A stretch of DNA of 37,312 nucleotides from an uncultured Clostridia bacterium. GTDB lineage: Bacteria; Bacillota; Clostridia; Christensenellales; Aristaeellaceae. This document shows positions 15,701-22,457 of this stretch, in pieces. Position 1 is the stretch's first letter, and each line of letters begins with the position of its first letter. The stretch lies in the NCBI GenBank assembly GCA_946615785.1, contig CAMOIA010000001.1, positions 1 to 37,312 of the forward strand. Direction: 5' to 3'. The position numbers and the translations under genes are program-made. The notes beneath the pieces are model-generated. The model was not told the origin of the DNA. It did not search any database and was given only the letters and a program-made list of their open reading frames with translations.

Positions 15701-16962
15701 GTCTGATACCCCTGCAAAAGCGCCTTTTGCCTTTCAAGATCCCACCGCTGCTGCTGGATCCCGGCATCTCCCTGCCAGCTGTCCATCGCCTCCAGCTCGT
15801 CAAGGCGCGCAAGCGCCGCGTCAATTTTCGCAATGCTCCCGGCCGGATCCGCCCGCATACTGTCCTGCAGATCCAGCTGCCGCAGGCCCTCTTCCAGCGC
15901 CGGCTGCCGCCTCTCCCGGTCTGCTTCGCTTGTGTAATTCATCTGCGCCCGGATGGCGTCCCGGTCTTCCGCGGTCTGCGATACGTCAAACGGGTTAAAC
16001 CACGTCTTTGTCAGGCCCTCTGGGGTTCCGTTATAGATTTCTTCATATTCCGCAACCGTCTCCGGGTGCCTCTCTTCAAACTGTGTCTTTTGTTCCGCTG
16101 CTTCCTGCCGGTACATTTTCGCCAGCATTTCGTCCCGAACCTGGCTTTCCGTCACGTTTTCCCCGGCATACAGCCGCCTTCCGTATTCGTCCTCCACCTC
16201 GCGCTGGAAAGCCTCGTATTCTTCGTCTGTCATGTTTTCAAAGGGGTTCACATAGGTCGTGGCTTTCCTCTGCTTCTGCTCGTTTCCCCTTGCGTTTACA
16301 TAAAACTCCGTATCTTCCCTGCTCGTATCGAAGCTCCCGCCCGCGCTGCTCCTGCGGTCAGGTTCCGGCACTTCCTCAGCGGGCCCGAAGCTTCCGCCCG
16401 CGCTGCTTCTGCGCTCAATCTCCGGCAATTCCTCAGCGGGCCCGAAGCTCCCGCCCGCGCTGGATCTTCGGTCGAACGCCGGATCCGGGCCGAAACTCCC
16501 ACCCGCGCTGCTCCTGCGGTCAAGTTCCGCATTCCGGTGCAGGCTCTCCACGGCCCTCTCCCTGGCCCCGTTCCTCAGCCTCTCGATTGCCTGGTCAAGC
16601 ACGCTGGCCGCAGCCGGGTTGCGCGCAATCGGCCCGTATGCCATCTCCTGCGCCTGCGTCCTTTGCTGCCTTGCCGTCCGTTCAAGCGGCGAGACGGGTG
16701 CCATCTGGCTTCCTGTTCTTTCTTCCCTGCTGCCTGCAATGGGCGCAATGGGTTCCAGCGCCGACCGCTGTGCCGTCCTTTGTGCCTGCTGTGCCTGATG
16801 CGCGCTGCGAAGCCTCTCCGCAAGCACGTCCGCGGCAATGGATGCGGTTCTCTGCTGCTGTGCCGCCCGCTGCATTTCCAGCCGATCCTCTTCCCGGCTA
16901 ACGGCGTTGGCGGTCGCGAGTCTGTCCGCGGCCGCCTCCACAATTCTTCTGTCAAGTGGCAT
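6793..16962 (-). CDS. Giant multi-domain virion-associated (polyvalent/ejection-type) protein, 3,389 aa, with a central HExxH zincin-like motif
   Basis: Uninterrupted ORF with ATG 16962 after AAAGGAGGGGG. It is the last gene of the virion operon. 'AASHEAFHYVEQ' (HEAFH at aa 1588-1592, nt 12187-12201). Gly/hydrophobic segments at aa ~535-810. Coiled coil at nt ~9950-10460. Several internal repeat families. Confidence 0.85.
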   Translation of the reverse strand: MPLDRRIVEAAADRLATANAVSREEDRLEMQRAAQQQRTASIAADVLAERLRSAHQAQQAQRTAQRSALEPIAPIAGSREERTGSQMAPVSPLERTARQQRTQAQEMAYGPIARNPAAASVLDQAIERLRNGARERAVESLHRNAELDRRSSAGGSFGPDPAFDRRSSAGGSFGPAEELPEIERRSSAGGSFGPAEEVPEPDRRSSAGGSFDTSREDTEFYVNARGNEQKQRKATTYVNPFENMTDEEYEAFQREVEDEYGRRLYAGENVTESQVRDEMLAKMYRQEAAEQKTQFEERHPETVAEYEEIYNGTPEGLTKTWFNPFDVSQTAEDRDAIRAQMNYTSEADRERRQPALEEGLRQLDLQDSMRADPAGSIAKIDAALARLDELEAMDSWQGDAGIQQQRWDLERQKALLQGYQTLQEIGDGRQEAAERGRNAYMEKDANYVLRSMHEKDTDQPGETRRTETTRYLNEEAPYLPWMIDNQLAFMTQDERDAFYILYGEDSEKGLNFLDAIRQTANERRTDTEQANWNRFVGENPVVGGIVGTVSDLSAEPLKIVSTSAMILSHVTGKEIDPNEIYNNPTQSQKQIKNATNEAIRKANGGKQTIWNDVYDTAMNIGENVTRMVTNHAIGMPSWMSTGLMAYGSFSNYYTEAAENNATHNQEDLFLTAGLSAMSEFATEALSDAHFWNAMNRGLPKDGKTWQKVGTTVWNTLVGAFSESTTEVLNDISTNQVQNWLMQDESAWNRDVQNYYRQYLQAGTYTDADEALTAARHQASVDHTNQLLHTFIVSGISGGVMDLGGSTYGSWQQNRQQLREGIEERAFEIAMEQRREQEYQRNLPENRAQNAVNTVITPTANRESGRPMYRASQLVEADNAARHGYQVGMAPDGSIVVGSYQLASYLKQQAQNARNARTAAIAQEVANTAEQARQRQAEQQQAIEEAGRNVNTLVMPSSEEGGNRQYDQAALRRAVNASREGFGVGIAPDGTIAIGRTNLAEYLQRGLNDAKAELQNRTRESGDRRLSQSQARHRSNQAEAAWSYDAAVARWNEFAENNQTETQEEQQREPGAFEQAAADMVYGTNEQIDREWDYDAALNRWREFRESWGFDAETETQSEREPLTAEEAGQDTRMAAEEYMEGRTNEQAQAEQPAENTPARQLTAEEAGQDTRAAAEEYMEGRTGERTEQPAQVPARQLTAEEAGQDTRAAAEEYMEGQQQTRTEQPAQAPARQLTAEEAGQDTRAAAEEYMEGRTDEQGQPGQERQAPEQSETQMEQPVPRAPQQTPEQTETSTPARDQAADNRERVTKLNGTESTEEAEDTDGGRTVRDTTVATTEAGDRTVTRPAEEAKSDDDGLNNRVLLLVENDEDAAAVIQLMNGESYRQRFERMMRRAGDDGLRVMKSDTIPDAQNGIGEVHETRRAPFERVFRIMDADSETQNQVENDIRAAEAAYRYGRHGQELNMQNPFILRSSEDIIRQAWEMGREQREAEVRAWNERTRENARQYGFRVYEEGQQQDSGIYFNRVINPLTQRQVQQLNVLDELAYRYGLTFNVYDTLGDQNARYNRNTASIDIALDADEGALVRAASHEAFHYVEQFNKEGAERIRDAVMDWLNNNADFDVNERLETIRRRYNESGENVDAVSELVADSMLDMLADSESVGLGVLRQNQRETGEQMKKSDVSRFADHIKELGEWMKSTIRRIAGKSSETQVLMNQAEYVETVGDLLRREVQEATNRRNEIAYGTVLRESDLAGDYFRRIQYTRHVGQEYSATKTLGLQAVVEAYGMNWMAEWMAKNGMTVSEAADQVEEVLKQYTDGEKSLDKALEDTYGVPALEEGLKRDQVVFAARQLERVRKAQQDQQQSQDRTREAVEESRSSLKMRDAMSEETAREILQRRFASGDRARNMMTKIYQMLKQGIMFNNMGHTEDSPKVGTYNIAALVQEIKNEYPIIKGMGGLRMSAETLSDRIRGMYLALDNALLEGEDFDFEQAIDYARAIAEEMADRSGYATNHNETLEEGDPILDWLSQHRGTTIYLTTGQAQEARLLYESVAEMNRKYRGWLTFTVDKKKMRSNLTLEDIQAESPWLLASDLNEGDLLERFDAMLDHAKRLRQSETVIEYNGVDRDTFVEDMSARILWGWFGAENGLTSQVIRNGQQTDQQKEYAKMIREGVKHYQQAEQKLEAEYAERLTEDREQAAKEYAEKMKNARRELKEELRQEYAEREENARQTEESARDSWHRMNQREIELQDRAKELDRRKKQLDRRETRTLQRQQAEAAVQLEEYRKKLDQQMQEDRKKLEENFQNRQKQIEEAARATANEEMREALQRDMDRYRDTVRRTQLQKRVDRVYRQLADRLLRPTNNKNVLEQHRMQVAQALGMLEPGGFEGSRRTMEFNALRSAVQNIMNEDGAMVIPDPDLDFKIKDLADRVNGQNIRSMNAQDLEATAETLESILHMISEESKSLALKRGEDLRRMQSEMKTRAEQVNTEKLAGRLARAVNRQIQGSLMDPIRFFSRMERECGQIGKDLWTMLRKSLDRQITDVDEAERRFADALKPFKNYWKWTGRNAQVLEGAGIRMTVGQAMTLYKYMQRADAARHVVGERNAKGEMVGGGIYIGLTEAEHGQRLKTMRPQHVTMAQVNAIISQLTDEQKKCADALGGIMNGWCSDLGNEVSMEMYGYRKYKDKAYIPIKIAPGYTSQTMTNDTQNAFYMIMNQGFTKSLMEHATAPIMLNDIFQLTGQHAMEMITYHAWGREMADIARLMNMKHSEETEVRESDGRTRQIRKASGSFSQDMGLLMGENAMPYFRQLIKDINGLSQDAIERSWFGSLLAKYKGAAVAWNLSTAAKQPLSFVRAFDVIPARYWAGVAARAGGLVNVAQNIREMKEHSPIYSWKQRGNFVLDAGQSVWDILFPETKKHGFEMVRGKVQDWGMKLPGAMDNWTWANIWQAAKNMVGSQNRDIQKGSERYWELVTERFNDCIDRTQVVDSILHRTQIMRGRTEYVKMITSFMGEPLKTFNTFMDKLDAFRMHKSWSTRRALLSTGAVVVAANTLQAVVASIISALRKMDDPDKFWEDFLKRLLGDYTDKNPFEVFQEAVFGSNLGSELNPMNMIPFMRDVNEIMAGYDVERSDLSVIADLYQAFQDCYKATFEDSKKTVAATCTNFVAKIANVLGIPVGNVAKEAEYLTNWIPKVMQGMGVDTLTVQYWRMRYEENIGYGKTKANFNDYVDLAMQARAIGNEALAEAVIGDLIEDGGWSRDAIEERMNKVNAGGALVEGAANTKHGYYQSWAAWEAAGDTERARQMETSIQGLRSSTEDVQKNQALYLTANRYGIEITALNKAQTEVMDAWAAAYNAGDSARANGIVNMLINHGYTSDKIETLKKAALKRVQ
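13207..13599 (-). repeat. Four in-frame tandem repeats of 108-117 nt encoding 'LTAEEAGQDTR(A/M)AAEEYMEG...PARQ'
   Basis: Read directly; aa 1122-1252 of the giant ORF. Confidence 0.9.
16330..16521 (-). repeat. Four in-frame repeats encoding 'RRSSAGGSFGP' (the last copy is 'RRSSAGGSFD')
   Basis: aa 148-211 of the giant ORF. Copies differ by synonymous codons (CGC/CGA Arg, AGC/TCC Ser, GGA/GGG Gly). Confidence 0.9.
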
Positions 16963-16978
16963 ATTCTTGCCCCCTCCT

Positions 16979-18463
16979 TTAATATGCGATTCCCATTCTC
17001 CTCAGTCTCTCCGCAAGGTCTCTGTCAGCCTGCGCAAGCCGCGCAAGCTCCGCCTCCGTCTGTGCCTGCGTGTTCATGATCATCGGGTTTCCGCCGGTCG
17101 TCGGGGTTGTTCCTTCGGTGGGTGCCGTCGGCGTCTGCGTCCCCGTCGGCGCCTGCGTGCCCGTCGGTTCCGGCATTCCGGTGTAGGTGTGCTGCCACTG
17201 GTTCACCGGCGGCGTTGTGCCTGGCAGCGGCACCCGGTACAGGCTCCCCGTTCCAAGGCTCTCCGTCACCGCGTTTTGCAGTTTCGCGTCCGTGTCCCTC
17301 CGGCTGTGCAGCATCTGCGATTCCCCGTTGTCCCTCCTCGCGGTGCCGCCTCCGCCGCCTCCGCCGCCGCCGGCGCTCGCCGTATCCTGCACAAGCCCGC
17401 CGGCGATCTGCTGCACGGCTGCCGCCACAACGGGGTCGTCCGCCATATGGCTCAGCATGTTGTAATAAAAAGCCCTGTCGTCCTGCCACTGTCCAAGCTC
17501 CGCGCTGTATCTTGCAAGGTCGTTCGCGTTCTCGGTGTCGTATCTGCCCGCATAATAATTCCGGTCGGTCAGATAGTCGCCCACCTGGTCGCGGTATCTC
17601 GCGTAGTCCGTGCTGTCGCGGTTCAAAAGCGCATTCAGACGGTTGTATTCCGCGTCCTGGTCGTCCATGTACCGCTGATACGCCCTGTCATACAGTCCCG
17701 GCATCTGCGCGTTCAGCCCGCTCAGATAGTCCTGATACTGCTGCTGCCCCGCGCCCTGCGCGTAGGTGTTCCCGTATCCGCCTGTAAGCTCCGCGGCGCT
17801 TGCCATGGTGTCCTGCATCGCCCGGTTGCCAAGCCGCAGATACTGATCCCGGTAATTCCGGTACAGCGGATCCTCTTCCGGGTTATAGGTAAAGCCTTCG
17901 CGGTCGCCAAGTCCCTGCAGAATCTGGTCAATCTGCGCGTCGTACCGGCTCTGCCATGGATCCGGCCTGGTGCCTTCCCAGTTCTGCAGCCGCTCAAGCG
18001 CCTGCCGCGTCCGCTCGCTTTCCTCCAGCGTCGGCTCGTTCTTCTGGCTTTCGGAAAACTGCGTCAGCACCGTGCTTGCGCCCCGCGGGTCAAGCCTCTC
18101 GTTCCCGTTCACGTCCGTAAACGTCAGCGGGGTTCTTTCAATGCCCGTCCCGTAGGTTCCCGCGGCCTGCGCGGCCCCGCCGGTCACGTTCACCGGTGTC
18201 CCGCTCCCGGCTGCCGCGGCCCCGATGCCCGTCACGTTCGTTCCCGTCACGCCGGCTGCGCCGTGCGGTATCATCGTCAGGGCGTTGCCTGAATATTTCC
18301 CGTTGGTGTCCATATAAACGCCCTGGCTTCCGCTGTTGATGATCCTCTGCGCGGCCGCCGCGGTCACAGGCGACGCCGCCTGCTGCGTGTTCTCCGCGCC
18401 CGGCGTTTCCTCCTCCCGCCGGATCTCCGTGTCCAAAATCTCGCCCTGCCTGTATCTCGGCAT
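16979..18463 (-). CDS. Virion protein of unknown function (494 aa); low-complexity Gly/Thr/Pro tracts and a Tyr/Asp/Arg-rich core
   Basis: ATG 18463 follows AAAGGAGGAAG. It contains a G11 run and 'PTGTQAPTGTQTPT'. Located between the nozzle-like gene and the giant ORF. Confidence 0.75.
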   Translation of the reverse strand: MPRYRQGEILDTEIRREEETPGAENTQQAASPVTAAAAQRIINSGSQGVYMDTNGKYSGNALTMIPHGAAGVTGTNVTGIGAAAAGSGTPVNVTGGAAQAAGTYGTGIERTPLTFTDVNGNERLDPRGASTVLTQFSESQKNEPTLEESERTRQALERLQNWEGTRPDPWQSRYDAQIDQILQGLGDREGFTYNPEEDPLYRNYRDQYLRLGNRAMQDTMASAAELTGGYGNTYAQGAGQQQYQDYLSGLNAQMPGLYDRAYQRYMDDQDAEYNRLNALLNRDSTDYARYRDQVGDYLTDRNYYAGRYDTENANDLARYSAELGQWQDDRAFYYNMLSHMADDPVVAAAVQQIAGGLVQDTASAGGGGGGGGGTARRDNGESQMLHSRRDTDAKLQNAVTESLGTGSLYRVPLPGTTPPVNQWQHTYTGMPEPTGTQAPTGTQTPTAPTEGTTPTTGGNPMIMNTQAQTEAELARLAQADRDLAERLRRMGIAY

Positions 18464-18476
18464 TGTTCTTCCTCCT

Positions 18477-20060
18477 TTACAGCTCGCTTCCCGCGTCCAC
18501 GGTATAGTACAGATTAAACAGTTTCACTTCCCCCTGCCCGCTCAGGCGGATGCGCATATGGTCGCAGCGCTTGGGGATAATGTTGAACGTTTCCGCCTTC
18601 ACCTGCTTTGCGCCTGTCCGCACAAAATACGTCTTAAAGGGCCCGCCGTCCGTCGATACGCTCACCGTCATCTCCGCGCCTTCTGAAAGCGCGTAGCGCA
18701 CCTGGATCTTCCGAAGGTGCTTTTTAAACATCGCCATCATGTCCAGGTCGCCTGTCTCCGCCTTCCAGGGGATCGTCTCTTCCTCCGCCGCGTCCTCCGC
18801 CGCGTAATTTTCGTCCCCGCCCTTCAGCCGCCAGAGGTTCCCCTGCCCGTCCACGCCGTACAGCGTCCCGTTCGCAAGGTGCAAATCGCTAAGGCCGCTC
18901 TCGTCCTCCCGGTGCCAGATCCCGCCCCGGAACGTGTACAGGCTCCGCTTTCCGCCGCTTTCCATGCTGATGTACAGGCTGTCAAAGCCGCAGCAGCTCA
19001 CCGCGTTTTCAAACTTCTGCCCGTAAAAGGCGCCGTGCGCGCTCGCCGGCAGCCCCCCGTCGTAGGCCATCACCCCGTGCGGGCTCAGGTAAAACAGCAC
19101 CCCGTCCAGCGTCGCAACGCTCTTTTCGCTCCCCGGATCAATCCCCGCGGCCTCCGTGTCCGTCAGCTGGTAATTGCTCGGCCTGGATCCAAACAGCTTC
19201 AGAATCCGGTCGCTTTTGAAGAAAAGCACGTACCCGTTGTGCACCCCGGCCCCGGTGAACGCACCCGGACTGCCCACGGTCACCGCATAGGCGTCATTTG
19301 CAAGCCCCTGATACTTCCGCCAGTTCTTGGGATCCCCCAGCGCGCAGGCGTATACTTCATGGTTTGCGCTCGAACACCCCCAAAGCCGGTTATCACACTC
19401 GGTTACAAAGTCCATGTCCGGCACGTCCCTCGTGATCTGGATGCCCGTCCCCGTCGTCTCGTCTTCGTCCAGCGTCGCAAGAATCACGAAGCTGTCCGCG
19501 GTAACGCTGTATATCTGGTACATGCCCTCGGCTATAATTTCGCTTTGCGCAATCGTCACGACGTCATTTTCCGAAAAGCCCGCCCCGATTCCCTCCGCGC
19601 TCAGCTTTGCGTACACCGCCGATCCCGCCGGGATCGCCTCGCCCATCAGGTCGCAGGCCGTGTACGTCACCGTCCCCGCGATGCTCACCCGGTTTTCAAG
19701 CGTTTCCATTTCGCCCGTCTGCGTGTTAAATGCCTTCTTGTCCGGGAAGATCACGAACCTGGCACCCATCGGGATGATCTGGTGCCGCCCCGCGTTCACC
19801 TCGCCCACCTGCTGCCCGCCGTAATACACTCCCGTCCCGCTGATCCACCCAAGCGCGTCATGCCCGAACAGCTCCGCACCCGGCAAAAGTGTCCGCATTT
19901 TCTTCCGCCGGTCTCTTGTCCTGGTTACCGGCGCGTCCTCGCCCGTCAGGTTCTCCGTGTCAAAGAACGCGCCCGCGTGCCCGAACGGCCCCCGGTTCAG
20001 TCCCTGAAACGCGTACCCCTGCTGCGTGTATCCGCCGATTGCGTTCTGATATGTCAGCAT
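18477..20060 (-). CDS. Putative tail hub/nozzle protein (527 aa, beta-rich)
   Basis: ATG 20060 is 8 nt after GGAGG and overlaps the upstream TGA by 1 nt. The function is guessed from size, position and beta-propeller-like repeated G/W/Y patterns only. Confidence 0.75.
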   Translation of the reverse strand: MLTYQNAIGGYTQQGYAFQGLNRGPFGHAGAFFDTENLTGEDAPVTRTRDRRKKMRTLLPGAELFGHDALGWISGTGVYYGGQQVGEVNAGRHQIIPMGARFVIFPDKKAFNTQTGEMETLENRVSIAGTVTYTACDLMGEAIPAGSAVYAKLSAEGIGAGFSENDVVTIAQSEIIAEGMYQIYSVTADSFVILATLDEDETTGTGIQITRDVPDMDFVTECDNRLWGCSSANHEVYACALGDPKNWRKYQGLANDAYAVTVGSPGAFTGAGVHNGYVLFFKSDRILKLFGSRPSNYQLTDTEAAGIDPGSEKSVATLDGVLFYLSPHGVMAYDGGLPASAHGAFYGQKFENAVSCCGFDSLYISMESGGKRSLYTFRGGIWHREDESGLSDLHLANGTLYGVDGQGNLWRLKGGDENYAAEDAAEEETIPWKAETGDLDMMAMFKKHLRKIQVRYALSEGAEMTVSVSTDGGPFKTYFVRTGAKQVKAETFNIIPKRCDHMRIRLSGQGEVKLFNLYYTVDAGSEL

Positions 20061-20431
20061 CAGACCAGCCTCCATCTTCCACGCACGTTCCCCTTCGGTT
20101 TGTGCTCCCGCCGGTACCAGGCCTTCCATTCCTTCATCATGCTGTTATAAATCGCGGCGTCATTGTTATACCGGTCATATTCGCCCATCTCCCGGTCGCG
20201 CTCCGCCATCAGGCGGTAAACGTAGGCCATTTCAAACCGCTTTGGCAGCCGCATTTCCTTCCCCGCGTTCTCCGCCGTGATCTCCCTCGGCTCCGCGGTG
20301 GCGGGCACATGCCGGTTCATGTGCTCGCCGATCTCGTTCTCCATGTCCGTCAGCGCCTTGTACAGCGCCTCTTCCAGCGCCTCGCCCGGTCTGAGCTCCT
20401 CCGCCATCTCCAGCGCCATCTCCGCCGTCAT
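20060..20431 (-). CDS. Small virion protein, possibly a head-tail connector/adaptor (123 aa)
   Basis: ATG 20431 follows TAAGGAGGGAAC. The function is inferred from position only. Confidence 0.7.
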   Translation of the reverse strand: MTAEMALEMAEELRPGEALEEALYKALTDMENEIGEHMNRHVPATAEPREITAENAGKEMRLPKRFEMAYVYRLMAERDREMGEYDRYNNDAAIYNSMMKEWKAWYRREHKPKGNVRGRWRLV

Positions 20432-20444
20432 TCCCGTTCCCTCC

Positions 20445-21752
20445 TTACAGCGTATACCGGAAAAATTTTTCGATCTTCTCAAACAAAAGTTCCATTCCAG
20501 CCGGGTTCGGGTGGATCCCGTCCGAAAAATAGGTTCCCGTGTTGAACATCGTCACGCCAACCGTCCGCATGTCCGCCCACGGGATCCCGAAATAATCGCA
20601 CTCGGTCTTGATCATTTCCAGATACTCGTCCGCGCTCGTTGGGTCGTAATAGCTCGTGGTGTAGTTCGGCAGCATCACAACGATGCGCGCAAGCGGGTAC
20701 GCCTTCTGCAGCCGGATCAGCATCGCCCGGTACGCGTCCGCAAAATTCCGCACGTTCAGCCCCGCAATGGTCTCGTCCGAATAATCCCGCGGGTCTTCCG
20801 TGTTAAACGTGCCCACGTCGACCCTCCGCCCGATGTCGTTGGTGCCCGCGTTCACAAGGATGATATCCGGCGTCCCGTTCGCACCCAGGTGCCCGATCCT
20901 TGTCGGGCTGCCCATGTAGATGTCCGCGCCGTAGTCCCCGCTTTCGCCGCCGCCCCAGGATACCCGGCTGCCCGCCCAGGATTCATTTACGCCCAGCACC
21001 ATGCCAAGCGATTGTATCAGCTTCATCCAGTACGTCTGTTCTGCGCTTGTGACAGAATCGTTCGGATACCGGCAATGGTTCCCCGCATACGTGTACACCC
21101 CGTCCGCGATCTTGTGCCCGTCCGCCGCATCTTGCGCGTCGTTCCCCGCAAATGTCGAAATGCTGTCCCCCAAAATGGAGATCCGCTTGCCCGCAAAGCG
21201 CCCGTTCACGCTGCCTTCCAGGCTGTCAAGCCGTCCCCGCGCAAACAGGTCTTTGCCCGTGTGCTTCGGTACGTAAATCCCGCTTGTGCCTTCCTCCCGC
21301 AGCATCGGATGCCATGCCAGCGCGTTCTCCGGGTGCTCCACAAACCCGGCCCCGGTCTTCTGAAACCCGATGCGCACAAACACCGCGCCCTCCGGCCTTG
21401 TGCTGCTGTCCTCCGCGTCGTGCTTTTTCAGGCTCGCTGTATATGCCCTGGCAACGCTCGTTTGGTTGTTCCGGCTGATGTACACTTTGTCCGCGTTGTA
21501 CCATGCGAACACCAGCGCCGCAAGGCCGCTCTCCCCGTCAATGGAAAAAATATAATCCTTTGCCGGGTCCACCGGGATGTACCCGGTCGTGATCCGCGCC
21601 GCGTTGGTGCCCGTCTCCGTTCCGTCCTCATTGATATAACAGTTCTTATACCCCTTGATGGTATAAAGGTTGTACGTCGTTTCCGCCGCGCCGGATTCGT
21701 CAAAGACCGCCTTCAGCCCGTCCAGCGTTACCAGCTTGTCACCCTGTGCCAT
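20445..21752 (-). CDS. SGNH/GDSL-family esterase with an N-terminal beta-rich domain (435 aa); likely a tail-associated receptor-modifying enzyme
   Basis: Block I 'ILGDSIS', block III 'NAGTND', block V 'SDGIHPN'. SD GAGGAGGG. Confidence 0.8.
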   Translation of the reverse strand: MAQGDKLVTLDGLKAVFDESGAAETTYNLYTIKGYKNCYINEDGTETGTNAARITTGYIPVDPAKDYIFSIDGESGLAALVFAWYNADKVYISRNNQTSVARAYTASLKKHDAEDSSTRPEGAVFVRIGFQKTGAGFVEHPENALAWHPMLREEGTSGIYVPKHTGKDLFARGRLDSLEGSVNGRFAGKRISILGDSISTFAGNDAQDAADGHKIADGVYTYAGNHCRYPNDSVTSAEQTYWMKLIQSLGMVLGVNESWAGSRVSWGGGESGDYGADIYMGSPTRIGHLGANGTPDIILVNAGTNDIGRRVDVGTFNTEDPRDYSDETIAGLNVRNFADAYRAMLIRLQKAYPLARIVVMLPNYTTSYYDPTSADEYLEMIKTECDYFGIPWADMRTVGVTMFNTGTYFSDGIHPNPAGMELLFEKIEKFFRYTL

Positions 21753-21767
21753 GTTTTCGCCCTCCTC

Positions 21768-22388
21768 TTACAGTCCAAGATAGTCCAGCGTCTCCGCGCT
21801 CGTCGCGCTCGTCACCTGATCCGCCGCATTTTGTGCCGCTTCCGCGCTCTGCGCCGCTGCCGTCATGCTCTGCGACGCCGCCTCCGCGTCCCGCGCAGCC
21901 GCTTCCGCGCTCGCCGATGCCTCTGCCGTCGCAGCCGCCGCTTGATCCGCTGCCGCCTGCGCCGTGTCCGCAACCCTCGCCGCGGTCTCCGCAATCTGCG
22001 CCGCGTTCTCAAAGCCAAGAATCAGCTCCTGCACCCAGCTCGGCACGCCCCGCGGGATCTCTCCCCGGAACGCTGCCGGCAGAATATACGCGTTCTCCTT
22101 CTCGCTCGCGGCCATTCCGCCCGCGTACATCCACCGCGCTTCCACGCACCCGTTCCCAAACCGCGCCGTTTCCGTCCGGCCGATTTTCCCGTACAGCCTG
22201 CCCGCCTCCGCGTCGTATTCCGTCTCAAGCGGCCACGTTTTGCCCTCCGGGCTTGTGAACAGCATCAGCCCGCTGCCCGCCGGATATTCTTCCGCCCACG
22301 AGCTTACGTCCTTATACACCCGGATGCCCGTTTCCGTTCCCTCCCGGCCAAGGCAGATCCCCGCGCCGGTCATTTCTCTGTCCGCCAT
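21768..22388 (-). CDS. Fibre-like virion protein (206 aa) with an Ala/Gln/Glu/Ser-rich helical C-terminus
   Basis: ATG 22388 follows AGGAGGAGAAT. C-terminal 'AETAARVADTAQAAADQAAAATAEASASAEAAARDAEAASQ...'. Confidence 0.7.
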   Translation of the reverse strand: MADREMTGAGICLGREGTETGIRVYKDVSSWAEEYPAGSGLMLFTSPEGKTWPLETEYDAEAGRLYGKIGRTETARFGNGCVEARWMYAGGMAASEKENAYILPAAFRGEIPRGVPSWVQELILGFENAAQIAETAARVADTAQAAADQAAAATAEASASAEAAARDAEAASQSMTAAAQSAEAAQNAADQVTSATSAETLDYLGL

Positions 22389-22399
22389 ATTCTCCTCCT

Positions 22400-22434
22400 A
22401 AAAAACCGGCCTCGGCCTTGCTGGCCAAAGCCGG
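22400..22434 (-). terminator. Rho-independent terminator after the capsid gene pair
   Basis: Minus strand: CCGGCTTTGGCC-AGCAA-GGCCGAGGCCGG followed by T6. Confidence 0.75.
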
Positions 22435-22457
22435 TCAATTTGATGATCGTCTGCTGC

